This document shows positions 63,105 through 64,000 of a DNA stretch of 64,000 bases, piece after piece. The stretch comes from Candidatus Falkowbacteria bacterium (GTDB lineage Bacteria > Patescibacteriota > Patescibacteriia > Patescibacteriales > UBA12075), in assembly GCA_043801965.1 (NCBI GenBank), contig JAZDLN010000029.1:1587-65586 (forward strand), given 5' to 3'. Below the pieces are notes generated by a model, which ran no database searches, had not been told where the DNA came from, and worked only from the letters and a program-made list of their open reading frames with translations. The position numbers and the translations under genes are program-made. Every line of letters begins with the position of its first letter. Position 1 is the stretch's first letter.

Positions 63105-63182
63105 AACATTATGTACAGCGGGCAAGCACCTCCACTAAAGGCTGACAAACTGTTTAGTAAAATATTATTTTAATCAATTTTT

Positions 63183-63779
63183 ATGGCTTACAATCTCCTT
63201 TTAAATAACAAGGTGTTTCATTTTGCCGAGAGCGGCCTTCCTTGTCTCGTGCATTACAAAAATAAAACAGGCGGTTCGCATTTCACGGTTACACTGGTCG
63301 CTGATATGTTTTTGCGAGGATCAAAGATATTGTTTCTGACCGCTTATCCGATGGCCAAAGATAATTTTTTTGAGCAAACAAAAGGAAAGGAATCTAAAAT
63401 ATTTTTTGTCGAAACAAAAGACGATTTTAAAAAAGCCAAAGAATATCAGGCAATAATTCTTAAAAGCGGCGATGGTAATTTATACTTAGAAGCGCTTAAA
63501 TCGTTGCCGGATCTAAACGAAAGAGTTGTACTGGTAAAAAATTTCGAGGTTTTTGATAAAAATATTTTAGACGAGTCATTAAAACTTGAAAAAATTATCG
63601 TTTCCGGGGATATCGATAAAAGTTCATCGAAAAAACTAATCGCCGATAAGCTCTACAAAACAATAATTTCCTTTTCCCAACCCGAAACGTCCGTGTCGTT
63701 TATTACACCGGCTCTTCTAAAATACACTGGCTATTTAAAAACCGCTGACAAGGAAGGGTTTGTGAAATTAGAAATGTAA
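63183..63779 (+). CDS. Hypothetical protein (possibly a degenerate P-loop-like fold)
   Basis: 198-aa ORF. YKNKTGGSHFTVTLVADMFL and VVLVKNFE loosely recall decayed Walker A/B positions. This is a very tentative reading. Confidence 0.45.
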   Translation: MAYNLLLNNKVFHFAESGLPCLVHYKNKTGGSHFTVTLVADMFLRGSKILFLTAYPMAKDNFFEQTKGKESKIFFVETKDDFKKAKEYQAIILKSGDGNLYLEALKSLPDLNERVVLVKNFEVFDKNILDESLKLEKIIVSGDIDKSSSKKLIADKLYKTIISFSQPETSVSFITPALLKYTGYLKTADKEGFVKLEM

Positions 63780-63837
63780 TTATTCCCGCAATTAAGAAAA
63801 AATCTATTTTACAAAATAATTCTTAATTAAATAAATA

Positions 63838-64000
63838 TGGCCAACAAAAAGAAATTTAAATTGTCTGCCGTAATTATTATCGCGCTGGTAATTTTTCTAA
63901 TTATATTCTTGTTTTTTAGGCAAAATAAAATCACTCCGCCGGCGCCGCCGATACTGCCGGCGCCGCCAGCCGCGGAAATAAGTATCTCCACGGATAAAAA
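63838..64000 (+). CDS. N-terminal part of a membrane-anchored, Pro-rich protein (3' end outside the window)
   Basis: ATG at 63838. MANKKKFKLSAVIIIALVIFLIIFLFF then PPAPPILPAPPAAE. The frame is open to the window edge. Confidence 0.5.

Noticed and set aside
1-64000. Alternative genetic code (UGA recoding, as in some candidate phyla)
   Set aside because: Long intact ORFs with recognisable domains terminate at TGA as well as TAA/TAG, for example the Na/Pi transporter at 18557-18559. No conserved protein is interrupted by in-frame TGA.

Overview
This 64-kb window reads as an ordinary bacterial chromosome segment under the standard code. TGA works as a stop, for example at 18557-18559, and there is no sign of stop-codon recoding. 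Gene content suggests a small-genome Candidate Phyla Radiation / Patescibacteria-type organism; this is inference, since no search could be run. The supporting signs are compact housekeeping genes with charged low-complexity tails, VirB2/T4SS-pilin-like mini-proteins, a ComEA + lamin-tail-domain surface protein, and many secreted repeat proteins. Housekeeping genes I recognise: rpsF-ssb-rpsR, efp, recA, a RodZ-like HTH protein, comM/yifB, trmD, a KH protein, rpsP, smc, cca, ftsK, gyrA, rnhB, yraN, a TrmH-family methyltransferase and several SAM methyltransferases. Other supported calls are a Na/Pi cotransporter, an MFS transporter, a SemiSWEET, an orphan solute-binding protein, a PadR-PspC pair, an SdpR/SdpI-like pair, proline dehydrogenase, a Pif1/RecD-like helicase, an S8 protease fragment and several large secreted Ig-like or Cys-rich proteins. 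I found no rRNA, tRNA, CRISPR array, transposase or integrase. The most interesting signals are listed here. (1) A terminator-capped, roughly 290-nt, heavily structured RNA candidate of unknown class at 20350-20640. (2) A visibly AT-rich accessory segment from about 59.3 kb to the window end, made of small unrelated ORFs separated by related GC-rich imperfect palindromes. It includes a compositionally discordant reverse-oriented CPBP protease gene bracketed by copies of the repeat. This layout resembles an integron cassette array (CALIN-like), but no integrase is in view. (3) A conserved ~55-aa 'GEAWYV' module present four times at the C-termini of two otherwise unrelated secreted proteins 37 kb apart. 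(4) An unusually short SMC with no recognisable hinge. (5) Several long perfect inverted repeats and leader hairpins in promoter regions. All functional calls rest on motifs read by eye and should be confirmed with HMM/CM searches.
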